A DNA stretch of 45,941 nucleotides from Methanobacteriota archaeon (GCA_027064425.1 JAMOPO010000026.1:1-45941), one strand, 5' to 3'; counted from the first letter of the stretch, positions 1-8,447 are shown. Notes: a model not told the origin generated them from the sequence alone. Numbers and translations: made by a program.

Positions 1-175
1 TACGCCGTGTCCGATAAGGGCTGAAAGCATCCAGGCCCGAAGCGGTCCCCGAAAATAGGCGGCCGTTGAGGCCTCGGGTAAAAGACCCGGTTGATGGGGC
101 GGGGGTGTAAGGGCCGAGGGGCCGTATGGCCCCGAGGCCCTAAGCCCACCGCTCCCAATCGGCCGACGACCCGGC
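1..175 (+). rRNA. rrl: 23S rRNA, 3' end (partial; exact end approximate)
   Basis: Conserved 23S domain VI signatures: GATAAGGGCTGAAAGCATC (13-31), GGTAAAAGACCCGGTTGATGGGGCGGGGGTGTAAG (77-111), GCTCCCAATCGGCCGA (151-166). No 5S gene recognisable downstream. Confidence 0.92.
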
Positions 176-310
176 GGGGGCCGGGCCATCCCCGCCCGGG
201 GCCGGCGAGCGTGAGGGTCGGAGGGAGGACCAGCTGCGAGACTCCCGAAGAGACTCCCGGAGGATGGGCGCGCCCGGGGGAGGCGGGGCTGAATCCTCGG
301 AACGGCCTTC

Positions 311-337
311 GAATCGTTACGACATTCGAAACGATTC
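311..337. repeat. 27-bp palindromic intergenic motif, copy 1 (GAATCGTTACG-ACATT-CGAAACGATTC)
   Basis: 11-bp inverted arms with 5-bp spacer; five similar copies elsewhere in the window. Confidence 0.85.
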
Positions 338-346
338 CCGGGACGC

Positions 347-412
347 TCCGCCCGGGTGAAGTCGATCATCCCGCGGGGCCACCGGTCACCCTCAAGGGCC
401 GACGCTCTTCAT
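347..412 (-). ncRNA. candidate box C/D sRNA (B)
   Basis: Minus strand: C AUGAAGA, guide, D' GUGA, C' GGAUGA, guide UCGACUUCACCCGGG, D CGGA. The C box lies within a 13-bp tandem duplication (404-429). Confidence 0.55.
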
Positions 413-452
413 CGCGGCTCTTCATCGCGGTGTCTTCCGCGCCGGCCGAACC

Positions 453-508
453 TCAGCCCGGGTGAAGTCGATCATCCCCGGCGGGTCACGCGTAACGAGC
501 CTCGTCAC
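453..508 (-). ncRNA. candidate box C/D sRNA (A)
   Basis: Minus strand: C GUGACGA, 12-nt guide GGCUCGUUACGC, D' GUGA, CCC/GGG hairpin, C' GGAUGA, guide UCGACUUCACCCGGG, D CUGA. Confidence 0.65.
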
Positions 509-573
509 TGGCGCCGCTTCCCCACCGTTTCCCCGTGATGCCGCCGTACCCCGGTCGAGTTGAAGGCTTCGCC

Positions 574-600
574 GAATCGTTGCGGGGTTTAGAACGATTA
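574..600. repeat. 27-bp palindromic motif, copy 2 (GAATCGTTGCG-GGGTT-TAGAACGATTA)
   Basis: Same arm sequence and spacing as copy 1, more degenerate right arm. Confidence 0.75.
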
Positions 601-749
601 CCGGCCGGGATCGCGCCCGACGGGTCCCGCGGTCCTCGGCGTCCTGTCGCTCGGGTGCACGTTCGGGTGCGCCGGTGTGGTGCGTGTGCGGCCGGTCGTG
701 GTTGGCGAAGGGTTTTTAGTCTCGGTGCGGTGGGTGCGTGGGTGGAGGC

Positions 750-839
750 GCGGGGGCGCCCGAGCCTGGTCAAAGGGGCGGGAATGAGGATCCCGTGGCC
801 GTAGGGCCGTCCCGGGTTCAAATCCCGGCCCCCGCACCA
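750..839 (+). tRNA. tRNA-Leu(GAG), class II, genomically encoded CCA, C at position 8
   Basis: Acceptor GCGGGGG/CCCCCGC, D arm CCC...GGG, anticodon stem CGGGA/TCCCG with loop ATGAGGA (anticodon GAG 786-788), long variable arm, T arm CCGGG-TTCAAAT-CCCGG, ACCA end. TATA-like TTTTTAG about 30 bp upstream. Confidence 0.97.
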
Positions 840-843
840 GCGG

Positions 844-870
844 GAATCGTTATGGGTCTCGTAACGTTTG
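844..870. repeat. 27-bp palindromic motif, copy 3 (GAATCGTTATG-GGTCT-CGTAACGTTTG)
   Basis: Begins 4 bp after the tRNA CCA end, between the convergent tRNA and vhuD genes. Confidence 0.8.
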
Positions 871-885
871 TGGGTCGGCGGATCC

Positions 886-917
886 GCCCGGGGGTCCCGT
901 TCGGGTTCCCCCCGGGC
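886..917 (-). promoter_or_regulatory. archaeal SECIS element in the 3' UTR of vhuD/mvhD
   Basis: Minus strand GCCCGGGGG-GAA-CCC-GAAC-GGG-A-CCCCCGGGC: GC stem, GAA/A internal loop and three C-G pairs with an apical loop, about 18 nt after the stop codon of a gene with in-frame UGA codons. Confidence 0.92.
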
Positions 918-935
918 CTCATCCCGCCGGTGCGT

Positions 936-1340
936 TTACTCCTGGAAGGGTGGGCCGAGTTCTTCGGCCCGTTTGTGCATTTCTTTGGCGGCTTTGACGA
1001 ACTTGTCGGCGTCGGCGGAGCTCATGAAGTACATCTCGACGCGCTCGGGCTCTAGGCCCATGGCTTCGAGGAGCTTCTTGGTGGCCTGGACGCGGCGTTC
1101 GCACTTGAGGTTGCCGTCCTCGTAGTTGCACTCTCCCTTCTTTCACCCGGCGATGAAGACGGTCCAGGCGCCTCTGGCGAGGGCGGTGAGGATGTGTTCG
1201 ATGCCGATGCGGCCGGTGCAGGGTACTCGGACGATTCTGACGCTGGTGGGGTACTGCATGCGGCTGGTGCCGGCGAGGTCGGCGGCGCCGTAGCCTCACT
1301 CGTAGCAGCAGAAGGCGACGACGATGGGTTCTTCTGCCAT
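936..1340 (-). CDS. mvhD: F420-non-reducing hydrogenase iron-sulfur subunit D (VhuD/MvhD), selenoprotein with Sec15 and Sec66
   Basis: Manual translation: [46 protein letters not shown]...FIAG-U-KKGECNYEDGNLKCERRV...LGPPFQE* (134 aa). In-frame TGA at 1296-1298 and 1143-1145 sit at conserved Cys positions; SECIS downstream; GGGTGA RBS upstream. Confidence 0.95.
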
Positions 1341-1417
1341 GGTGATCACCCGTGCGGGCGCTGGTGGGCTTTGGCTTAAATGGCTTGTCATCGGGGGGTT
1401 CGATCGGGGTGTCGAGC

Positions 1418-2704
1418 GTGGGTCGGGTGGTGTTGGAGGGGGTTCGGGAGGTGTCGGGTGAGGTCTCGCCGCCGCCGTCGAAGAGTGGGTCGCATCGGGC
1501 GTTGTTGGCGGCGGCGTTGTGTGAGGGGGAGACGGTGCTGAGGAACGTGTTGGAGGCGGATGATGTGCGGGCGACGGTGGGTCTGTGTCGGGCGTTGGGT
1601 GCGGGTGTGGGGGTGGAGGGTGAGGGTCGGTGGGTGGTGCGGGTGTCGGGGTTCGGTTGTGAGCCTGGGGTGCCGGGTGATGTGGTGGATTGTGGGAACT
1701 CGGGGACGACGTTGCGGTTGGGGTGTGGTGTGGCGGGGTTGGTGGAGGGTCGGGTGGTGTTGACGGGTGATGAGTCGTTGCGGTCGCGGCCGGTGGGGGA
1801 CTTGTTGGCGGCGCTGCGGTCGTTGGGGGTGGAGGCGTGGGGTCGGGTGCGGGAGGGTGAGGAGTTCCCGCCGGTGGTGGTGTCGGGGCGGCCGTTTCGG
1901 GATCGGGTGGCGGTGTACGGGCGGGTGAGCTCGCAGTTCGTGAGCGCGCTGTTGTTCTTGGGGGCGGGGTTGGGGGAGCTGCGGGTGGATGTGGTGGGTG
2001 GGCTGCGGTCGCGGCCGTACGTGGACTTGACGGTGGAGGTGTTGGAGGCGTTCGGGGTGTCGGTGGGGCGGGAGGGGTCGTCGTTCGTGGTGGAGGGTCG
2101 GCCGGAGTCGCCGGGGGAGTTTCGGGTGGAGAATGACTGGAGCTCGGCGGGCTACTTCGTGGCGTTGGGGGCGATCGGTGGGAAGGTGTGGGTGCGTGGG
2201 GTGGATCTGGACTCGTCGCATCCGGACCGGCGGATCGTGGAGATTGTGGAGGAGATGGGGGCGGTGGTGCGGGAGCGTGGTGATGGTGTGGTGGTGCGGT
2301 CGTCGGGGTCGTTGGAGGGGGTGGAGGTGGATCTGTCGGACGCGCCGGATCTGGTGCCGACGGTGGCGGCGTTGGGGTGCTTCGCGGAGGGTGTGACGCG
2401 GATCGTGAACGTGGGTCACGTGCGGTTCAAGGAGGTGGATCGGCTGCGGGCGTTGGCGGAGGAGCTGCCGCGGTTCGGGGTGGAGGTGCGGGAGGGGCGG
2501 GACTGGTTGGAGGTGAGGGGTGGTGAGCCGGTGGGGGCGCGGGTGAGCTCGCGGGGTGATCATCGGATGGCGATGGCGTTGGCGGTGGTGGGTGCGTTCG
2601 CGCGGGGTGAGACGGTGATCGAGGGTGCGGACGCGGTGTCGGTCTCGTACCCGGGGTTCTGGGAGGATCTGGCGTCGGTGGGGGTGCGGGTGCGGTCGGG
2701 GTAG
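1418..2704 (+). CDS. aroA: 3-phosphoshikimate 1-carboxyvinyltransferase (EPSP synthase)
   Basis: PPSKSGSHRAL, DCGNSGTTLR, SSQFVSALL, RFKEVDRL and GDHRMAM motifs; GTG start chosen from the GGGGTG RBS. Confidence 0.96.
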   Translation: MGRVVLEGVREVSGEVSPPPSKSGSHRALLAAALCEGETVLRNVLEADDVRATVGLCRALGAGVGVEGEGRWVVRVSGFGCEPGVPGDVVDCGNSGTTLRLGCGVAGLVEGRVVLTGDESLRSRPVGDLLAALRSLGVEAWGRVREGEEFPPVVVSGRPFRDRVAVYGRVSSQFVSALLFLGAGLGELRVDVVGGLRSRPYVDLTVEVLEAFGVSVGREGSSFVVEGRPESPGEFRVENDWSSAGYFVALGAIGGKVWVRGVDLDSSHPDRRIVEIVEEMGAVVRERGDGVVVRSSGSLEGVEVDLSDAPDLVPTVAALGCFAEGVTRIVNVGHVRFKEVDRLRALAEELPRFGVEVREGRDWLEVRGGEPVGARVSSRGDHRMAMALAVVGAFARGETVIEGADAVSVSYPGFWEDLASVGVRVRSG

Positions 2705-2766
2705 GCCGGCGGGCCCGGCGCCTGGGGTATTTAAGCGCGGTGGGCGGGTTCGGGGCGGGGTGCTCG

Positions 2767-3945
2767 TTGAACACGCTGGGTCGGTGGTTCCGGGTCACGA
2801 CGTGGGGTGAGTCGCACGGTCGGGCGCTCGGTGCGGTGGTGGATGGGTGTCCGGCGGGGCTGCCGCTCTCGGAGGAGGATGTGCAGCGGGAGCTGGATCG
2901 GCGGCGCCCGGGTCAGTCTTCGGTCTCGACGCCGCGGTCGGAGCGGGATCGGGTGGAGTTCCTGTCGGGCGTGTACGAGGGTCGTACGCTCGGGACGCCG
3001 ATCAGCATGGTCGTGTGGAACGAGGACGTGGACTCGTCCAGGTACGAGCCGGTTAAGACGCGGCCGCGGCCGGGGCACGCGGACCTGACGTACCGGTGGA
3101 AGTACGGGCACGTGGATTGGCGGGGCGGTGGTCGGGCGTCGGGTCGGACGACGGTGGGTGTGGTGATGGGTGGGGCGGTGGCGCGGAAGCTGCTGCGGGA
3201 GGCGCCGCTGGAGGATCCGTTGGGGATCGAGATCGCGGGTCACGTGGTGCGGGTGGGCTCGGTGGAGGTGGGTGAGGTGGGGGAGCTCTCCGCGTCGGAG
3301 ATCCGGCGGCGGGCGGAGTCGAACCCGGTGAGGTGCGTGGACGGGTCGGTGGCGGAGGAGATGGTGGAGGAGATCGAGCGGGCGCGGGAGGAGGGGGATT
3401 CGGTGGGTGGGACGGTGGAGGTGGTGGCGGAGAACGTTCCGCCGGGGTTGGGTGACCCGGTGTTCGGGCGGTTGGACGGGGAGCTGGCGGGGGCGTTGAT
3501 GAGCATTCCGGCGGTGAAGGCGGTGGAGGTCGGGTCGGGCGTGGAGTGCTCGGGCATGCGGGGCTCGGAGCACAACGATCCGATCGTGTGGCGGGAGGGG
3601 CGGCCGGTGGTGGACGGTGATCGGTGCGGTGGGGTGCTGGGTGGGATCTCGTGCGGTGGTCGGCTGGTGGTGCGGGTGCACGTGAAGCCGACGCCGTCGG
3701 TCTCGGTCCCGCAGCGGACGGTGGATCTGGCCTCGGGGGAGGAGGTGGAGCTGTCGGTGGAGGGCCGGCACGACCCGTGCATCTGCCCGCGGGTGGTGCC
3801 GGTGGTCGAGGCGGTGGTGGCGATCGTGCTGGCGGACGCGGTCCTGCGGGCGGGGTACGTGAACCCGGATAGCGTGGAGCTGCCGGCGGCGTCGGTGGAG
3901 GACCGGTGGGAGGTGCTGCGGCGGAATCTGCCGTCGGAGGAGTGA
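2767..3945 (+). CDS. aroC: chorismate synthase
   Basis: TTWGESHG, RPRPGHAD, GGGRASGRTT, GGISCG and GRHDPC motifs; TTG start. Confidence 0.97.
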   Translation: MNTLGRWFRVTTWGESHGRALGAVVDGCPAGLPLSEEDVQRELDRRRPGQSSVSTPRSERDRVEFLSGVYEGRTLGTPISMVVWNEDVDSSRYEPVKTRPRPGHADLTYRWKYGHVDWRGGGRASGRTTVGVVMGGAVARKLLREAPLEDPLGIEIAGHVVRVGSVEVGEVGELSASEIRRRAESNPVRCVDGSVAEEMVEEIERAREEGDSVGGTVEVVAENVPPGLGDPVFGRLDGELAGALMSIPAVKAVEVGSGVECSGMRGSEHNDPIVWREGRPVVDGDRCGGVLGGISCGGRLVVRVHVKPTPSVSVPQRTVDLASGEEVELSVEGRHDPCICPRVVPVVEAVVAIVLADAVLRAGYVNPDSVELPAASVEDRWEVLRRNLPSEE

Positions 3946-4038
3946 GCCCGGGGTGGGCCGGGCCGTTAACCGGAGGTGGGCGCCGGCGGTGTGAGCAGGT
4001 TTTAACCCGCGGCGTGGGGCCGGTGCGGGGGGTTCGGG

Positions 4039-5181
4039 ATGGAGAAGCTGGTGCTGCTGCCGGGCCCGGTCATGGTGCACGAGGACGTGCTGCTGCGGTC
4101 GGCCAAGCAGGTGATGAATCACAGGAGTGAGGAGTTCGAGGAGGTCCTGCGGGAGTGCTTGGAGCTGTCGCGGTACGTGTTTCAGACGGAGGGTGAGGTG
4201 GCGATCATCACGGGCTCGGGCACGGCGGGCATGGAGGCGGCGGTGTACAGCCTGGTGGAGCCGGGCGAGGAGGTGGTGGCGGTGGTGAACGGGAAGTTCG
4301 GGGAGCGGTTCGCGGACATCGCGGAGCGGCGGGGCGCGGAGGTGATCCGGGTGGAGTTCGAGTGGGGTGAGGCGGCGGACCCGGAGCGGGTGGAGGAGGC
4401 TCTGGCGGACTCGGACGCGGAGGTCGTGACGATGGTACACTGTGAGACGTCGACGACGGTGCTGAATCCGGTGGAGGAGGTGGCGCGGGTCTGCCGGGAG
4501 TACGACGTGATCTTCGTGGTGGACGCGATCTCGTCGCTGGGCGGTGCGGAGTTCCGCATGGACGACTGGGGCGTGGACGTGTGCGTGACGGGGTCGCAGA
4601 AGGTGCTGGGCTGTCCGCCGGGGCTGGCGCTGGTGGCGGTGAACGACCGGGCGCTGGAGCGGATGGAGGAGCGGGAGTCGGGCAGCTACTACCTGGACCT
4701 GCCGAAGTACCTGAGGTTCTTGAAGGAGGATCCGATGCAGACGCCGTACACGCCGGCGGTGAACGAGTTCTACGCGCTGTTGGAGGCGCTGAGGCGGCTG
4801 AAGAAGGAGGGGCTGGAGAACCGGTGGGAGCGGTGCCGGGAGCTGCAGCGGGTGGTGCGTGAGGGCATCAGGGCGCTGGGGCTGGAGCTGTTCGTGGAGG
4901 ATGACGAGATCGCCTCGCCGACGGTGACCGGGGTCGTGTACCCGGACGGTGTGGACGACCGGGAGTTCCGGGGCCTGCTGCGGGACAAGTACGACGTGGT
5001 GGTGGCGGGCGGTCAGGACCATCTGGCGGGCAAGATCTTCCGGATCGGTCACATGGGTGAGGTCCGGGTGCGCGACATGGTGACCGCGGTGACGTGCGTG
5101 GGCCTGGCCATGCGGGAGCTGGGCGTGGACGTGGACGTGGGCGCGGCGGCGGAGGCGATGGCGGACGCGATCGGTGGCTAG
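4039..5181 (+). CDS. class V PLP-dependent aminotransferase (alanine-glyoxylate/serine-pyruvate family)
   Basis: LLPGPV, GSGTAGME, HCETST, VDAISSLGG, TGSQKVLG (PLP lysine), FRIGHMG. Confidence 0.9.
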   Translation: MEKLVLLPGPVMVHEDVLLRSAKQVMNHRSEEFEEVLRECLELSRYVFQTEGEVAIITGSGTAGMEAAVYSLVEPGEEVVAVVNGKFGERFADIAERRGAEVIRVEFEWGEAADPERVEEALADSDAEVVTMVHCETSTTVLNPVEEVARVCREYDVIFVVDAISSLGGAEFRMDDWGVDVCVTGSQKVLGCPPGLALVAVNDRALERMEERESGSYYLDLPKYLRFLKEDPMQTPYTPAVNEFYALLEALRRLKKEGLENRWERCRELQRVVREGIRALGLELFVEDDEIASPTVTGVVYPDGVDDREFRGLLRDKYDVVVAGGQDHLAGKIFRIGHMGEVRVRDMVTAVTCVGLAMRELGVDVDVGAAAEAMADAIGG

Positions 5182-5924
5182 CGGAGCTCCCGCAGCGGCC
5201 AGCGCTCGGTCCCCGTCCCCGCCTCCAGGGCCTTCACGGCGTCGACGACGTTGCCGTTCAGGATCATGGTCACGGAGAAGATGACGGTGCCGGGCAGGAC
5301 CTCGGCGGGGGCGCCCCGGTACACGGGCCGGGCGCCCGCGCCCTTGCCCGCGCCGATGAGGGCGCCGACGGTGGGCCCGACCTGGCTGAGGTGGTCCGTG
5401 GTGGCGAGCAGGACGGGGTCGTCCGTCTCGGGACCGACGTAGCCCACGCCGGGGATCTCCGTCGGCTCGCGGATGGGGCCGCCGCCCACGTCGTAGCACA
5501 GGTTCTTGATCGCGCGCAGGCACACCTCCGCGACCTCGTCCACCCGGTTCTCCGCGGCGTAGGTGTCGAACAGGGCGACGACGAGGTCCTGGTACTCGGA
5601 CTCGGGGCACTCGGCCTCGGCGTACGACGGCCCCTCCCCGGCCGTCTCGGGCTCCTCCGAAATCCCCATAACGTCCTCGCCGCCGTACCTCTCGAGCACC
5701 TCCAGGATCGCGGCGTTCAGCTCCTCCACCACGTCCCGCTCAGCCACGTACACCACCGCCAGGTCGTCGCCGCAGGACGGGCCCAGCGCGACGTACAGGA
5801 GCCCCTCCTTGTACCTCGCCTCGAGCTCCTCCAGATCGCGCTCGAGGCTCCGCAGGACGGACCGGGGCACGCGGACGTCGTTCTCGGACACGTCGGCCGA
5901 GATCGCAACGGCGCGAAGGCCCAT
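5178..5924 (-). CDS. hypothetical protein (probably conserved in methanogens)
   Basis: Acidic globular ORF with host-like codon use; GGGGGAG RBS before ATG; family not recognised. Confidence 0.75.
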   Translation of the reverse strand: MGLRAVAISADVSENDVRVPRSVLRSLERDLEELEARYKEGLLYVALGPSCGDDLAVVYVAERDVVEELNAAILEVLERYGGEDVMGISEEPETAGEGPSYAEAECPESEYQDLVVALFDTYAAENRVDEVAEVCLRAIKNLCYDVGGGPIREPTEIPGVGYVGPETDDPVLLATTDHLSQVGPTVGALIGAGKGAGARPVYRGAPAEVLPGTVIFSVTMILNGNVVDAVKALEAGTGTERWPLRELR

Positions 5925-5952
5925 GCGGCCCTCCCCCTTGGGGGGAAGGCCG

Positions 5953-6600
5953 GTGATCACGGTGGTCGAGGAGGAGGACGCGAGCGCCGTGGATCAGGCC
6001 GTGAGCGCCCTGCGCGCGGGAAAGCTCGTCGCCCTCCCCTGCGACACGGTCTACTCGCTCAGCTGCGACGCGACCAGCCCCGAGGCCGTGAAGCGGGTGT
6101 TCGAGGTCAAGCGCCGGCCCCGGGACAAGCCCGTGAGCGTGGCCGTGCACTCGCCCGAGGCCGCGCTGAAGCTGCTTAAGCCCGTGCCGGGGCTCAAGAG
6201 GGCGCTGGAGACGCTCACCCCGGGTCCCGTGACCATCGTCGCCCCGGCCCGATCCGGGGTCGTGGCGGAGCAGGTGACGGCCGGTCGGGACACGCTGGGG
6301 GTGAGGATCCCGGACCACCCCTTCTTCCTCCGGGTCGTGCGCCGCTTCGGCAGGCCCGTGGTGACCACGTCCGCGAACGTCTCGGGCGAGCCGGCCCCGG
6401 TGGACGCGAACGGGGTGATCGAGCAGCTCGGGGACGACCTAGACCTCCTCGTTGAGGGCGAGTGCCCGATCAAGGAGCCGTCAACGGTCATCGAACTCAA
6501 GCCGGACGGTGAGATCGAGATACTCCGCGAGGGGGCCCTGTCCCGCGAGGAGATCCTCGAGGCCCTGGAAGGGGTGGTTCCCGGTGTCGGAAAAGGGTAA
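5953..6600 (+). CDS. L-threonylcarbamoyladenylate synthase (YrdC/TsaC domain only, no SUA5 tail)
   Basis: VALPCDTVYSL, KRRPRDKP, PGPVT, LGVRIP, TTSANVSGEP and PSTVI motifs. Confidence 0.92.
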   Translation: MITVVEEEDASAVDQAVSALRAGKLVALPCDTVYSLSCDATSPEAVKRVFEVKRRPRDKPVSVAVHSPEAALKLLKPVPGLKRALETLTPGPVTIVAPARSGVVAEQVTAGRDTLGVRIPDHPFFLRVVRRFGRPVVTTSANVSGEPAPVDANGVIEQLGDDLDLLVEGECPIKEPSTVIELKPDGEIEILREGALSREEILEALEGVVPGVGKG

Positions 6601-7048
6601 GGGGCTGAAGGCGTTCCTCAACGGCTTCCGGGAGGCGGTCCTCGACGTCACCGACGGCGAGGGGGTGCTCGTCTACTCCGGCTGCGCCGGCACGTGCACG
6701 CCCTTCGCCGAGCTCCTCGCTTTCACACTCCGCGAGACGGACCTCGAGCAGTACTACTCCATCGACCTCAGCCGCGAGTTCCACCGGATGGAGCTCCGGG
6801 AGCACGGGTTCACGGTCACGGACGAGACCGAGCGGCTGGAGGAGGCGGACGCGATCGTCCTCCTCGGCGGCCTGGCGATGCCCATCTCCGACGTAACGGT
6901 CGAGGACGCGCGCGAGTTCGTCGAGGAGCTCGGAAACCCGCCCGTCATCGGCGTCTGCTTCATGAACATGTTCGAGCGGGCGGGCTGGACGGAGAAGCTG
7001 GACTTCCACACCATCATCGACGGGTACCTCGAGGTTACCATCGAGTAG
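6584..7048 (+). CDS. DUF2124-like conserved methanogen protein
   Basis: GCAGTCTPFAELLAF, LLGGLAMP and GVCFMNMFERAGW motifs (family recalled, not searched). Confidence 0.75.
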   Translation: MSEKGKGLKAFLNGFREAVLDVTDGEGVLVYSGCAGTCTPFAELLAFTLRETDLEQYYSIDLSREFHRMELREHGFTVTDETERLEEADAIVLLGGLAMPISDVTVEDAREFVEELGNPPVIGVCFMNMFERAGWTEKLDFHTIIDGYLEVTIE

Positions 7049-7087
7049 GGGGTCCCCCTGATCGGCGTACCCCGCCAGCCGGCGCGG

Positions 7088-7741
7088 GTGCGCGTGGGCG
7101 AGTACGAGCTCCGGTTCCGCCCCTGGGCGCTGGGCGACGCGGACGCGGTCGCCGACGTCCTGTACCGCGAGCTCTACCCGCACGAGCTCCTCGAGGACGC
7201 GCGCGAGGTCATCGACGCGGGCGCGCACGTGGGCGCCTTCACCCTGCTGGCCGCGGCCCTCGGAGCGAGGCGGGTGATCGCCCTCGAGCCGCACCCGAAG
7301 AACGCGGAGCTGCTGCGACGGAACGTGGAGGAGAACGGGATCGACGCCGAGGTAATTGAGGCGGCCGCCTACGACCGCGAGGATGAGGTGAAGATGTACG
7401 TGGCCCCCTCCACCGTCGCGCACTCCGTCGAGATGGTTCGGTCCCGGGAGACCATCCGCACTGAGACGGTCCGGCTGGACGATCTGGACGCGCGCCCGGA
7501 CCTGATCAAGCTGGACGTGGAGGGCGCGGAGGAGCGCGCCCTGCGCGGCGCCGAGCGGACCCTCGAGGAGCGCGCGCCCCGGGTCGTCGTCTCCGCGTAC
7601 CATTACCCCGGGCAGGAGGAGGACGTGCAGCGATGGCTGGAGGAGCGGAACTACCGGGTGGAGATCGAGGTGAGGGAGGCGAGCCCCTACCGGAGTCCGG
7701 CGCTGAGGGTACCGGTGGTGATCGCCGAGCCCCGCGCCTGA
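7088..7741 (+). CDS. FkbM-family SAM-dependent methyltransferase (true start may be CTG at 7058)
   Basis: VIDAGAHVGAFT, ALEPHP and LIKLDVEGAE motifs. Confidence 0.9.
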   Translation: MRVGEYELRFRPWALGDADAVADVLYRELYPHELLEDAREVIDAGAHVGAFTLLAAALGARRVIALEPHPKNAELLRRNVEENGIDAEVIEAAAYDREDEVKMYVAPSTVAHSVEMVRSRETIRTETVRLDDLDARPDLIKLDVEGAEERALRGAERTLEERAPRVVVSAYHYPGQEEDVQRWLEERNYRVEIEVREASPYRSPALRVPVVIAEPRA

Positions 7742-8259
7742 TCGTCCTTCACGCCGGCGACTGCGATCCCAAGGCCTGCACGGCGCTGAAGGCGCACCGG
7801 ATGGGCCTCGTTGACCTCGTCAAGCGCCCTCGAGACGTGCCGTCCGGGGCGGTGGTTCTCGACCCGACGGTGAAGAAGGCGCTCTCCCGGGAGGATCGGG
7901 AGGCGGCGGTGGAGCGCGGGCTGGTCGCCGTGGACTGCTCCTGGAAGCGCGTGGATCGGTACTTCGGGCCGCTGCGATCCCGGTGCGAGCCTCGCATCCT
8001 ACCCTACCTGGTCGCCGCGAACCCCGTGAACTACGGGAGGCCCTGCAAGCTCAGCACGGTGGAGGCCCTGGCCGCCGCGCTGTATATCCTGGGGTTCGAG
8101 CGCGAGGCGGAGGAGCTGCTCGGGCGGTTCAAGTGGGGCCCCGCCTTTCTCGAGCTCAACCGGGAGCGGCTGGAGGCGTACCGCAGGGCCCGAAACAGCG
8201 CCGAGGTCGTGCGGGCTCAGGAGCGCTTCCTGCCGGAGGACGCCCGGCGACAGGGTTAA
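7738..8259 (+). CDS. tsr3: 16S rRNA aminocarboxypropyltransferase Tsr3 (DUF367); start uncertain
   Basis: [42 protein letters not shown] and [11 protein letters not shown] motifs. Confidence 0.93.
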   Translation: MIVLHAGDCDPKACTALKAHRMGLVDLVKRPRDVPSGAVVLDPTVKKALSREDREAAVERGLVAVDCSWKRVDRYFGPLRSRCEPRILPYLVAANPVNYGRPCKLSTVEALAAALYILGFEREAEELLGRFKWGPAFLELNRERLEAYRRARNSAEVVRAQERFLPEDARRQG

Positions 8260-8297
8260 GTCGATCCGGGACCGCGCCCCCGCCGGGGGTGTTCGAG

Positions 8298-8447
8298 ATG
8301 GCGCGGTTCCCGGAGGCGGAGGCCCGGCTGTTCAACAAGCTGATCTGCATGCGGTGCAACGCCAGGAACCCGCCGGACGCCACCAAGTGCCGGAAGTGCG
8401 GGTACAAGGGGCTCCGACCCAAGGCCAAGGAGCCGCGAGGAGGCTAA
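8298..8447 (+). CDS. rpl40e: 50S ribosomal protein L40e
   Basis: [42 protein letters not shown]. Confidence 0.96.
   Translation: MARFPEAEARLFNKLICMRCNARNPPDATKCRKCGYKGLRPKAKEPRGG

Noticed and set aside
176-340. Possible 5S rRNA after the 23S gene
   Set aside because: No 5S signatures (such as CCCATCCCGAAC or GAAGTTAAG) are present. The region looks like processing stem/trailer; the short GAGACTCCCG duplication (238-259) is not informative.
936-1340. mvhD as a pseudogene with two premature stops
   Set aside because: Both stops are UGA at conserved Cys positions, and a SECIS and SepSecS are present.
91-1379. ORF-track ORFs over the rRNA trailer, tRNA and vhuD (e.g. 91-465, 486-821, 919-1299)
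   Set aside because: They overlap RNA genes or are off-frame shadows with Arg/Pro-rich composition typical of GC-rich non-coding frames.
2731-5610. 959-aa minus-strand ORF and other long antisense ORFs (1388-2563, 13566-15635, 18517-19794, 30173-32317)
   Set aside because: Shadows of well-identified genes, arising from GC-rich codon bias; His/Arg/Pro-rich with no family motifs.
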